A stretch of 64,000 nt of DNA from Eubacteriales bacterium. Its GTDB lineage: Bacteria; Bacillota; Clostridia; Oscillospirales; CAG-382. The notes beneath the pieces were generated by a model, which was not told the origin of the DNA, searched no databases, and saw only the letters and a list, made by a program, of their open reading frames with translations. Of the stretch, positions 7,677 to 16,054 are shown piece after piece (position 1 is the first letter of the stretch; each line of letters starts with the position of its first letter). The position numbers and the translations under genes are program-made. The stretch is taken from NCBI GenBank assembly GCA_028705495.1, contig JAQWDK010000008.1, positions 1,034 through 65,033 on the forward strand, written 5' to 3'.

Positions 7677-8669
7677 TTAAATCCTGCCCTGTGCTTTCAG
7701 CCAATCTATGGTATCAGAAATCGTTTCTCTTATATCTCTTGTCGCATATCCCAATTCTATTGCTGCTTTCTTGTTTGAAAAGAACGCATTTGAGTTGAGC
7801 GTATAGATAGAATACGAGGTAAATAACGGTGGCCGTTTCAGGATTTTATAATATAACTCAGCAAGAGGAGCGGTTATTTTTACAAACCAAGACGGCAAAA
7901 AGGTTTTTATTTCATGACCCTTTGTTATTTCATGGAGAAAGGATAGAATCTCTTTTACCTTAAAATATTTATTCGACAGTATATAGCACTCACCCGCCAC
8001 GCCCTTATCACACGCTGCAATAATTCCACTAGCGACATCGCGCACATCAACAAAATCATACCCACCGTCAACACCGGCGGTCAGCCTACGCTTGCAATAG
8101 TCGATGATAAGCATAGTTAAGTGTCCCCGTCCGTAGTCATACGGCCCTATAATCCCGGAAGGATGGACAACGCACGCATTCAGGCCCTGCTTCGCTGCTC
8201 GGAGAACATAAGATGTTGCTTCTGCTTTAGATTTTGCGTAGCCTCCCAAAACTTTATCAGGATTAAAATCCTTCGTTTCGCTGATCATGCTTCCATGCGG
8301 TTCTTCGGGAATTGCATGAACAGAACTTACATAAATAAGCTTTTTGGCATGATGCTCTATGCAAAGATCAACAACATTCTTTGTACCAGTGACATTAACC
8401 TCGTATACAACCGGATCTATTTTGGAAGCGATTGATACAATCCCCGCGCAATGGATTACAATCAGCTCCTGCTTTTCAATACTTTCAAAGCATTGTTTTA
8501 AACTTTCTTTGTTGCGAACATCACCATAAAATGTTTGAGCTTCTTGGGGGATATACTTTTCGCCGGGAAGTACCAAAGTACGAACCGTTTCCCCTTTTTC
8601 AATAAGCTGTCTGGTAACAACGCTTCCCAAATGTCCAGCTGCTCCTGTGACCAAATATATTCTATCCAT
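7677..8669 (-). CDS. NAD-dependent epimerase/dehydratase (SDR family, dihydroflavonol-reductase-like)
   Basis: Contains GAAGHLGS (Rossmann fold) and YAKSK (YxxxK). Start set at the ATG of MDRIYLVTG, preceded by AAAGGAG; the track ORF extends 7 codons further. Confidence 0.8.
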   Translation of the reverse strand: MDRIYLVTGAAGHLGSVVTRQLIEKGETVRTLVLPGEKYIPQEAQTFYGDVRNKESLKQCFESIEKQELIVIHCAGIVSIASKIDPVVYEVNVTGTKNVVDLCIEHHAKKLIYVSSVHAIPEEPHGSMISETKDFNPDKVLGGYAKSKAEATSYVLRAAKQGLNACVVHPSGIIGPYDYGRGHLTMLIIDYCKRRLTAGVDGGYDFVDVRDVASGIIAACDKGVAGECYILSNKYFKVKEILSFLHEITKGHEIKTFLPSWFVKITAPLAELYYKILKRPPLFTSYSIYTLNSNAFFSNKKAAIELGYATRDIRETISDTIDWLKAQGRI

Positions 8670-9091
8670 AATTCTCCTTTCAATTTTCAATATCAGACTG
8701 CACTTTTGCGTTTTATAAGTACAGGATCTGATTTGTGATTACTATCATGCTTTAAACGGTCCTCTCAATGGATCAAAGACAAATTTACAATCCGTCGCTT
8801 ACAATAGATAAACAGCCGATACCATCACTTGCATGTTGGGGTCATCGTCGTCAAACTCATCTTGCAGAAATCGTATTTATCGATTGTGCAATCTGGGGCA
8901 GATAATCAACCATGAGATATTTGACTGTTACAATGGTTGTGGACAATCCGCCAGCAATCGCAAGCAAAACAAATAAAGCAATAATCGTTTTTTATATTTA
9001 GTCATGAAACAAGAAAACTTTTTCATTGCATCAATCCTCTTTTATATTTCCAGGATTGAATTATACATTTATCACAAAAACCAACACAGTG

Positions 9092-9120
9092 TTGAAAAAC
9101 CACTATATGTATAGTATAAT
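9092..9120 (+). promoter_or_regulatory. putative promoter with overlapping inverted repeat upstream of the TetR gene
   Basis: TTGAAA (9092-9097), 17 nt spacer, TATAAT (9115-9120). ACTATA-TG-TATAGT (9102-9115) overlaps it, and ACTATATGTA recurs at 9183-9192. Confidence 0.4.
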
Positions 9121-9241
9121 TTATCTAGGATTAAATACAACAGTCAAATGTTTTCAAGTTGATGGTTTTTAAACAAAATTAGACTATATGTAGGGAAACT
9201 TTTAATTTTATTCAGCTATTTTTAAAGGAGGACATCTATCC

Positions 9242-9838
9242 ATGGACAAAACAAGCAAGATGGACAGACGAGTTAAGTATACAAAAATGGTGATTAAAGA
9301 GAGCTTTATCAAACTCCTCCATGAAAAACCGATAACCAAAATTACGATTAGAGAAATATGTGATTTATCGGATGTCAACCGTACAACTTTTTATGCTCAT
9401 TATCATGATCAATACGATCTTCTTCGCCAGCTTCAAAACGAACTTATGACAGAGATTGTTTCTTACTTGAATCAACATACTACGGACAGAGCCGGCACCG
9501 TATCAGCAGAAACGCTTGAGGAAATTTTTTCTTATATCAAAGAAAAAGCAGAGATATGCAGCCTGTTTCTCAGCGACAATGTTGATACAAACTTTGAAAA
9601 TCAAGTTATAAAGCTTTTTCATGAATGGTGTATTTCAACTTGGGCATCAAAAAGATTAAATTCTAAGTTGGATATGGAATATATATATACCTTTTCCGCT
9701 TACGGGTGTATTGGTGTCATTAAAAAGTGGTTGGATGAAGGTATGGTAAAACCAACTGGTGAAATGGCCGACTTTATTATAAAAATGACTTCCCAAGGAT
9801 TAGGTTCCCTTTCCCAACAATCTATATTCCACACATAA
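9242..9838 (+). CDS. TetR/AcrR family transcriptional regulator
   Basis: 198 aa. ITIREICDLSDVNRTTFYAHYHDQYDLL is a TetR N-terminal HTH. AAAGGAGG RBS. Confidence 0.85.
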   Translation: MDKTSKMDRRVKYTKMVIKESFIKLLHEKPITKITIREICDLSDVNRTTFYAHYHDQYDLLRQLQNELMTEIVSYLNQHTTDRAGTVSAETLEEIFSYIKEKAEICSLFLSDNVDTNFENQVIKLFHEWCISTWASKRLNSKLDMEYIYTFSAYGCIGVIKKWLDEGMVKPTGEMADFIIKMTSQGLGSLSQQSIFHT

Positions 9839-10013
9839 GCGTCAAGGGGTTGGTTTATGTAAGTTTTATTATTTGCCGGGACATTTTTTCCTCCATTCTG
9901 ACAGTTTAAGCAACACTTTGATAATCTTGATTGACGTAGCCCAAATCATACATATATAGGAACAGGTATTGAAAAATGATGAGACTACGAAGTAGAAATA
10001 TGTATATTTATTA

Positions 10014-10049
10014 CCGCCCGATTTGAGAGATCAAATTGGGCGGTTTTTT
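10014..10049 (+). terminator. intrinsic terminator
   Basis: CCGCCCGATTTGA / TCAAATTGGGCGG stem (one G-T pair) followed by TTTTTT. Confidence 0.65.
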
Positions 10050-10370
10050 ATTTGTCGAAAAACATTAGATAATACTGGACAATAGCAGGTTTTGTCGAAC
10101 GGGGGGTGCTAGAATGCCGTAAATACCAATGAATAGTGATCTGCCAACTGCTTTTAACACAACTAACTGAATATAAATATTTGGCGCTGTGATATCGCCT
10201 GAAAGTAATCTCCGTTCCGTCTGGCGGTGTTACTGTGCGATTGGAGCTGGCATGGAAAAGGAAAAGGACTGCTATACGGTGGATGGATAGACCCTCATAC
10301 CGATAGTACAAAAAACTCCGGATTTCTATTATACATATTTGAAAGACGCCAAGAAACAATACCCAATCGC

Positions 10371-10419
10371 AAAGCCAAATCCACCCTGAATTTTTCAAGG
10401 GGTGGATTTGGCTTTTTTT
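10371..10419 (+). terminator. intrinsic terminator
   Basis: 16-bp stem AAAGCCAAATCCACCC / GGGTGGATTTGGCTTT followed by TTTT. Confidence 0.7.
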
Positions 10420-10530
10420 GCTATGCAACTGTGCATAGTGTAGACAAGTTAACAATCAATATAGGCTGCCGCGACCCTCCAATTAATCGTTTTTGAAAAA
10501 CCAAAAAATGATTAATTGGAGGAAGCAACC

Positions 10531-10875
10531 GTGAAAAATTATATTTTAAATGTCTATAATCCTACGTCCGGCGAATATGAGGATGTGGTGGTAACCGAGG
10601 ATGTCTATAACGCTTATCGCCGTACTGAATGGAACGCCGATAAGAACGATGCCAAATATTCGGCCAACAACACGCCTTTCAGTTCCCTGATTGGCGGTGA
10701 AGACGGCGCGTATGAAAATTTTAAAGAGTTTGTCAGCGATGACTGTAATCCGCTTCTCATTATGACGGACAAGCTATTGAGGCAAACCCTGCATCGTGCT
10801 TTGAACGCCTTGTCCGAAGATGAGTATTGTTTGATCTCCGCCATTTACATAAGCGGGAAATCCGAGCGGGAATAA
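10531..10875 (+). pseudogene. sigma-70-like (region 4 HTH) protein of the conjugative/mobile-element type, truncated at its C-terminus
   Basis: MKNYILNVYNPTSGEYEDVVVTEDVYNAYRRTEW...LNALSEDEYCLISAIYISGKSERE. The ORF stops just where the region-4 HTH would begin. GGAGGA RBS 7 nt before the GTG. Confidence 0.5.
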
Positions 10876-10876
10876 T

Positions 10877-11185
10877 GCGTACAAGTTCCGTCAGGAAGGT
10901 ATCCTTGGCTCCGTCCGTGTTATTTCGCAGCGCAGTAAAAATGGATGCCGTACCGTGATTCATGACGGTAAGCATCCACTTGATGTGGGGCCATTTATTG
11001 ATATAGGTCAGCATGGTAGATATGCTGGTGCCGGTTTCGGAGATGGTGCCGGTAGCGTCCACCTCGAAGGTGAAGATACCCACTGTATCCAGTCTGTCGC
11101 CGTAATCACGCAGGGCCTGATACATTCTGGTGTTGCCCATGAAGGACCAGACCATACAGCGCTTGCCTTGCAAATAATCTCTCAC
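10877..11185 (-). pseudogene. glycoside hydrolase family 18-like N-terminal fragment (phage/spore peptidoglycan hydrolase type)
   Basis: MVWSFMGNTRMYQALRDYGDRLDTVGIFTFEVDATGTI...KWMLTVMNHGTASIFTALRNNTDGAKDTFLTELVRI. Beyond this the ORF reads antisense into the sigma fragment. Confidence 0.4.
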
Positions 11186-11763
11186 AGCACATCACCTCCG
11201 TCCTGCATTTCTTGAAACTTGATATATAGCTTGGCAGATTTTCCTTTTTCCAGTGTGATCGGATGCTTGCTGTCACCGGCAGCAGAATACTGATAAAAGC
11301 CATCCTTGCCTGTAGTCGCACCGTTTTTCAGGCACTCCCTTGTGGAGCCAAGGAGCGAGAAGATATCACCGGCACTGGCTGCATCAAGGAAGGTGGCCTT
11401 GTGAGAGCCAGCACCCTGTGAAATGACAATGGAGCCAGCGGCCATATCCTGAATCGGCTCCACCTCGATATCAAGGCCAGCGGTCGTACTGCCAAGATTG
11501 AAGATGACCACGGTGCCGCTGGATCGGACAATGCCGTTATAAAATCGTGGTGCCACAATCGCATCATCCTCACGATACTTTTGCAGCAAGGTTTCCGTGT
11601 TAATCACAAAGCCGGTCAGTCGGTCGCCTTCTTGCACCATAAGGTCAGTAAACCAGATACGTCCAGTGCAGTCGCTGACAATAGGTTGTACCGTAATGCT
11701 GACCACACGCATATCTTCTTTGACCGTAATTGTTTCTGCAAATCTTGTAAATTCAGCCATCAC
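11182..11763 (-). CDS. phage-derived structural (tail-associated?) protein, function uncertain
   Basis: 193 aa beta-rich sequence. Its stop overlaps the GH18-like start. The call rests on context with other phage fragments. Confidence 0.4.
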   Translation of the reverse strand: MMAEFTRFAETITVKEDMRVVSITVQPIVSDCTGRIWFTDLMVQEGDRLTGFVINTETLLQKYREDDAIVAPRFYNGIVRSSGTVVIFNLGSTTAGLDIEVEPIQDMAAGSIVISQGAGSHKATFLDAASAGDIFSLLGSTRECLKNGATTGKDGFYQYSAAGDSKHPITLEKGKSAKLYIKFQEMQDGGDVL

Positions 11764-12030
11764 AACACCTACCCATGGCAGAGCGCTCGGTCACCGCTTT
11801 GCCGGAGGTAGAGCTTCCAAACAGAAAACGGTAGGCGCTACCGGCAGTGGCATTGCTGGGCTTGTCTCTCGCCTTGAATATTCCAGATAAAATTCCCATA
11901 GGAATCACACTCCCTTCTAAAAATAGGTATAAGAAAAGCACCTATCTTGCGACAGATGCTTCTCAAATTGGTTTTTATTTAATTTTAGTTATCTAACTTG
12001 AAATAACGCAGCCTTTTGTTAGCTGTAATT

Positions 12031-13173
12031 TCAAGTTCCTTTGCGCAGAATATTCAGATATGCTTCATAGGCAAAAGTACGGTTTCTGCTGGTATCGGTT
12101 GTTTGCACCAAAATACCGGCATCAACTAAACGATTGACTGCGCTGGAGGCAGTATTAAAGGTAATACCTAAAGCCTCCGCTGTTTTTCGAATCTCAATAA
12201 TAGGATTGGACTCCAAGTAGTTAAAAACGAGCATTGCATTTTTTGCTGCACGGCCCAGCTTGGAAATTTTAGCTACATTTGCATCGTGAAGAACAATCAG
12301 TTCATCAATTGTTGCAGTGGCATCTTCAGCAGATTCCATAATAGCTTGCAGGAAGAACTTGACCCACTGTTCGTAATTTCCTTTTGCTCTTACCTCTGTC
12401 ATACGGTCGTAATATTCCACACGATTTTTCTTCAGGAAGTAAGAAATGTATAAAGCAGGTGTCGTGAGGACTTTTTTCTCCATTAAGAACAGCGTAATCA
12501 GCAAGCGACCAACACGGCCATTTCCGTCAAGGAAGGGATGGATGGTTTCAAACTGGTAATGTATCAATGCTGCTCGGATTAAGGCATCAAGTTCATCACC
12601 GGCATTGATATATTTTTCAAGATCGGACATTGCATCCAGCATATCATCGGGAGACGGAGGAATATATCGGGCGTTTTTGAGAGTGCTGCCTTGACCGCCA
12701 ATCCAGTTCTGAGAATATCTGAACTCACCGGGACTCTTTTCTTGGCCTCGTACTCCTTCCATCAAAACCGCATGGGTTTCTTTGATCAAACGATTACACA
12801 ACGGAAGTGTCTGTAATCGCTCGATTGCAAACTCGGTCGCCTTGATATAATTTACAACATCTGCGACATTACGGTTTGTGTTGGCATCCAACATCGGATC
12901 AAGAACATCTTCCAAGGTTGCCTGTGTACCCTCAATCTGCGAAGACATCAACGCTTCTTTACGCACATACATGGATACGAACAATTCTACATTTGGAATG
13001 CGGGTAGCAACGCTTTCCAAAACGGCGAGCTGGGAATTTGCTTTTACGAGTAAGCTAACAATATCCTCTGACAGCTCAATAGGAGGAGCTGGAGGCAGAG
13101 GATTCGGTACGAAAGATTTATATGCCATTTCGCCCGACAAATTTGATTTATAATGACCTGCACGGGTATTCAT
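12031..13173 (-). CDS. fic: Fic family protein (class II, N-terminal inhibitory helix, C-terminal winged-helix)
   Basis: 380 aa. Fic motif HPFLDGNGRVGR. The inhibitory motif SSQIEG (S/TxxxE-G/N) lies upstream of it. The N-terminus (GHYKSNLSGEMAYKSFVPNPLPP) is typical of the Fic N-terminal domain. AAAGGAG RBS. Confidence 0.9.
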   Translation of the reverse strand: MNTRAGHYKSNLSGEMAYKSFVPNPLPPAPPIELSEDIVSLLVKANSQLAVLESVATRIPNVELFVSMYVRKEALMSSQIEGTQATLEDVLDPMLDANTNRNVADVVNYIKATEFAIERLQTLPLCNRLIKETHAVLMEGVRGQEKSPGEFRYSQNWIGGQGSTLKNARYIPPSPDDMLDAMSDLEKYINAGDELDALIRAALIHYQFETIHPFLDGNGRVGRLLITLFLMEKKVLTTPALYISYFLKKNRVEYYDRMTEVRAKGNYEQWVKFFLQAIMESAEDATATIDELIVLHDANVAKISKLGRAAKNAMLVFNYLESNPIIEIRKTAEALGITFNTASSAVNRLVDAGILVQTTDTSRNRTFAYEAYLNILRKGT

Positions 13174-13214
13174 CAGTCTTGGCTCCTTTCTGGGAACTTG
13201 AAATATATGCTTCT

Positions 13215-13243
13215 ATTATACTCCCGTTATTTCAAGAAGTCAA
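13215..13243 (-). promoter_or_regulatory. consensus sigma-A promoter of fic
   Basis: Minus strand reads TTGACT (13243-13238), 17 nt spacer, TATAAT (13220-13215). It is surrounded by copies of ATTTCAAGTT. Confidence 0.6.
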
Positions 13244-13313
13244 TCAAACTTGAAATAAAGAAACAAAATGTTTGCTTTTATTTCATTTTTGACCGATGAA
13301 GAGTGGATTATAC

Positions 13314-13886
13314 TCATATAAACAAAATACCTCGCTCATCGTATACAGAAGCGCCAGTATTCACGCCACAGCGGATCGCACGGTCGAGACCCATGATAGT
13401 AGCTACGGCACCGTCGATTTTCTCTGTGGATTTTTCCTTGTCTGCTTTGATGTTTCCGGCAGGGTCTGTGCGGACGAAAATGTTGTCCATCATCCAACGC
13501 AGTACCGGGTGACCGCCGTGGGCGATTTTCTGCTCCAAGGTCAGCTTCATCAGCTCTTTGGTCGGAGGCGACATATCCTTGAAGCCCTGACCGAAAGGCA
13601 CTACCGTAAATCCCATGCCTTCAATGTTCTGCACCATTTGCGCAGCGCCCCAGCGGTCAAAGGCAATTTCACGGATATTGAACTTTTCACCCAGCTGCTC
13701 GATGAACTTTTCGATGTAGCCGTAGTGGACCACATTTCCTTCGGTGGTCTGCAGGAAGCCTTGCTTCTCCCAGACATCGTATAGAACATGGTCACGGCGC
13801 ACTCGAAGTTCCAGTGTATCTTCCGGTATCCAGAAATACGGAAGGACCACATATTTATCATCCTCATCCAGTGGCGGGAACACCAA
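13314..13886 (-). pseudogene. phage terminase large subunit, C-terminal (nuclease) half only
   Basis: YFWIPEDTLELRVRRDHVLYDVWEKQGFL...IAFDRWGAAQMVQNIEGMGFTVVPFGQGFKDMSPPTKEL...HGGHPVLRWMMDNIFVRTDPAGNIKADKEKSTEKIDGAVA is typical of terminase large subunits. The ATPase half is missing. Confidence 0.75.
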
Positions 13887-14530
13887 TCACTAAAGAGATC
13901 CGTCTTGAGGCCGACCAATATAATGGGAATAACATTACCGAAGTGGGATTTCTGGCTGCCTATTACGATACCTATTATCACTTTGTCACCCATGCTTTTC
14001 TACAGGACAGCGAAGGTAATCAGATTGCCATCCAGAAGACCGACACCGATGTGGTAATTATCCGGGGCACCTTCTATGTAACCTTCAATTTCACGGGCTT
14101 CGGAGACAACGGCATATATCCACTGCCGGAACAAAACGGTGTGGTTAGGTGGCTTCTGGGTACGGGTTCGTTTCCGGCAACCTTCGCATTTTCAAGATAT
14201 AACTTGCAAAAGTCCACTGACTTGTCAACAAACAAGCATGGGACAAAATCCACGAACATGGATGCCTGCACCCGAAATGCGACCACATGGCGGATTGACT
14301 ACCCGGTTATCACATGGCTTGATACTGAGCTAAACAATCATACAGTAAGGACTATCGGAATGTCCGAAAACACCGTCAAGTCCTACTGCCGCCGAAATAA
14401 CATCAGCGTTTCGATAAACCAAGAACTCTTTGTAGATACTGATGCCTGTGCCAACTGCGGACTTCCACTTCAGCACATGCGGGGTTCTAAGCAGAAACGG
14501 TTCTGTTCGGACAAGTGCCGTATGGCTTAG
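13814..14530 (+). pseudogene. chimeric ORF: phage structural-protein fragment joined to a sigma-region-4-like HTH plus zinc-ribbon C-terminal fragment
   Basis: The N-terminal part is beta-rich (EVGFLAAYYDTYYHFVTHAFLQDSEGNQIAIQKTD...). From about 14330 it reads TIGMSENTVKSYCRRNNISV...CANCGLPL...KRFCSDKCR and ends without the usual continuation. Confidence 0.45.
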
Positions 14531-14772
14531 TGGAAGGCACACCCTGAGGCCGTGAACCGCAGAGCCTTATATCATTTCGTATTCAAAGGTTCAGGATGTT
14601 GTCGGAACGGTAGCAGTAACAGCGGCAGGTGGTACATCAACAGATAAACTTGATACAGTTTTCGATGTGCTTATGAAATCACTTCCGTTTGTAGTTCCGA
14701 TTATTGGAACGATAATTGGAACATCGGCCAATTGGTCTAAAAAACTATTCAAATAAAAAGAGAGGTACTTAA

Positions 14773-15318
14773 ATGGCAGGAAATGTTGGACACCCTTTTT
14801 TCGGAAATCAATATGTTAGCAGCAACTATACAGGCGGCTATCATTATGATTGGACACCAAATTCAAACGTAACAGAGGTCTCTAATCTTTCGGTCAGAAC
14901 AGTATCCGATAACACGAAAAGCATTTCATCAAATGCTGCACTTCTCCAAAGATCAAATGCTGCACTTCCCCAAAGCGCAAACAAGATTCTAACAAGATCA
15001 CCTAAAATCGAAGCGAACGGAAATGGTGCAATGATTGCAATAGTTGTCGTTTCAGCAGTTGCTGCAATTGGAGCAGGTGTATACTTCCTATACAAGCAAA
15101 TAAGTAAAAAGCGAAAATCAAAAGAAGAAGCGTTTCAATCAATAGAATTAGAAAATGTTGGTACTTGTAAAAATTGCAATGAGCCGCTAAGCGGCTCTGA
15201 GTATGTTGATGAAAATACATCAGACTCGCATACTGCATACATAATATGCAAGAAATGCGGTGAGAAGAATTATGCTTGGTACACTGACGGTGATGATGTT
15301 CAGGAACTTAGCGAATAA
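14773..15318 (+). CDS. hypothetical single-pass membrane protein with C-terminal zinc-ribbon (CxxC...CxxC)
   Basis: 181 aa. TM segment AMIAIVVVSAVAAIGAGVYFLY. CKNCNEPL...CKKCGEKN. Contains an in-frame 24-bp tandem duplication (starts at 14929 and 14953; SNAALLQR/SNAALPQS). Confidence 0.5.
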   Translation: MAGNVGHPFFGNQYVSSNYTGGYHYDWTPNSNVTEVSNLSVRTVSDNTKSISSNAALLQRSNAALPQSANKILTRSPKIEANGNGAMIAIVVVSAVAAIGAGVYFLYKQISKKRKSKEEAFQSIELENVGTCKNCNEPLSGSEYVDENTSDSHTAYIICKKCGEKNYAWYTDGDDVQELSE

Positions 15319-15343
15319 TAAAATACTTAGGAGGAGAAATCTT

Positions 15344-15550
15344 ATGAAAAAGCAACCTGCCATTTACACCGACAATAGTGACTTATACAATGCTGATAAG
15401 GCTGTGAAAGATTTCGTAAAAGTTCACAAAGGCAAACTTAGCGAAGAAAATAGAGATGCACTTGGTGACTTATTAGACCGCAGAGCAGCCGCTATTTCAA
15501 ATGTCCTCGGTGTTAAAGTAAGTTCGGTCGTTGACCACAAAAAGAAATAG
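15344..15550 (+). CDS. hypothetical small protein
   Basis: 68 aa (MKKQPAIYTDNSDLYNADKAVKDF...). GGAGG RBS. Followed by a terminator-like hairpin CGGCTCGCC..GGCGGGCTG plus a T-run. Confidence 0.4.
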   Translation: MKKQPAIYTDNSDLYNADKAVKDFVKVHKGKLSEENRDALGDLLDRRAAAISNVLGVKVSSVVDHKKK

Positions 15551-15601
15551 ACACCTTTCGAACGGCTCGCCAATCGGCGGGCTGTTTTTTGCCTTAACAG
15601 T

Positions 15602-15637
15602 ATCTTTTAACGATTACAAGGCAAATCGTTAAAAGAT
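15602..15637. repeat. perfect 14-bp inverted repeat (8-nt loop), with a third arm copy at 15655-15667
   Basis: ATCTTTTAACGATT-acaaggca-AATCGTTAAAAGAT, plus TAATCGTTAAAAA about 20 nt further on. Confidence 0.8.
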
Positions 15638-15848
15638 GCACACCCCCAGAGGTCTAATCGTTAAAAATTAGCAATTGGCAGCCACAGGTTCGTGTCAAGT
15701 ATCCTCCGATAACGGCTATTCTATAACACCAACTATTGCTACAATGCAGAAAGCACAAAGTCCGAAAGCAGCGTAAATAAGGCACTTTCGAGCAAACAAA
15801 AAACCACCTGCTGACAAAATTCCTTTTATCAATAGATGGTATTTGATT

Positions 15849-15925
15849 TGGTCGAGGCGACAGGACTTGAACCTGCGGCATCTTGGTCCCAAACCAAGCA
15901 CTCTACCAAACTGAGCTACGCCTCG
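15849..15925 (-). tRNA. tRNA-Pro (anticodon UGG)
   Basis: Manual fold of 77 nt: acceptor CGAGGCG/CGCCTCG, D arm GCTC-AGTTTGGTA-GAGT, anticodon arm CTTGG-TTTGGGA-CCAAG (UGG), T arm GCAGG-TTCAAGT-CCTGT, discriminator A, encoded CCA. Confidence 0.9.
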
Positions 15926-16026
15926 ATAAACTATATTATAAGCAACCACAAAGGTGCTTATTTTTTTTTGACTATTGCATTATACCCTAAGTTAAGTAAA
16001 AAAGCAATGATAAATTTTAACTCGTA

Positions 16027-16052
16027 TAAAAAACCGGTATAAACCGGTTTTT
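16027..16052. terminator. bidirectional terminator
   Basis: AAAAAACCGGT-ATA-AACCGGTTTTTT. Confidence 0.7.
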
Positions 16053-16054
16053 TA

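Larger units (their letters stand above)
10050..15848. mobile_element. degraded mosaic of mobile-element fragments (prophage and conjugative-element-like) abutting the 3' end of tRNA-Pro; no recombinase seen
   Basis: Successive truncated genes on alternating strands with abrupt junctions (about 10875, 13880, 14330). Includes a terminase C-terminal half, a phage structural protein, a GH18 N-terminal stub and two sigma-region-4-like fragments. Lies next to a tRNA gene. Confidence 0.6.

Noticed and set aside
10048-10455. 135-aa minus-strand ORF from the track
   Set aside because: It has no RBS and an odd composition (Cys/Trp/His-rich). It spans two plus-strand terminators and resembles no protein family. 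I treated the region as non-coding or decayed.
15849-15925. att-site duplicate of the tRNA-Pro 3' end marking the far boundary of the island
   Set aside because: I looked for a second copy of GGTCGAGGCGACAGGACTTGAACC-type sequence between 9.8 and 15.8 kb and saw none. The island boundaries therefore remain approximate.
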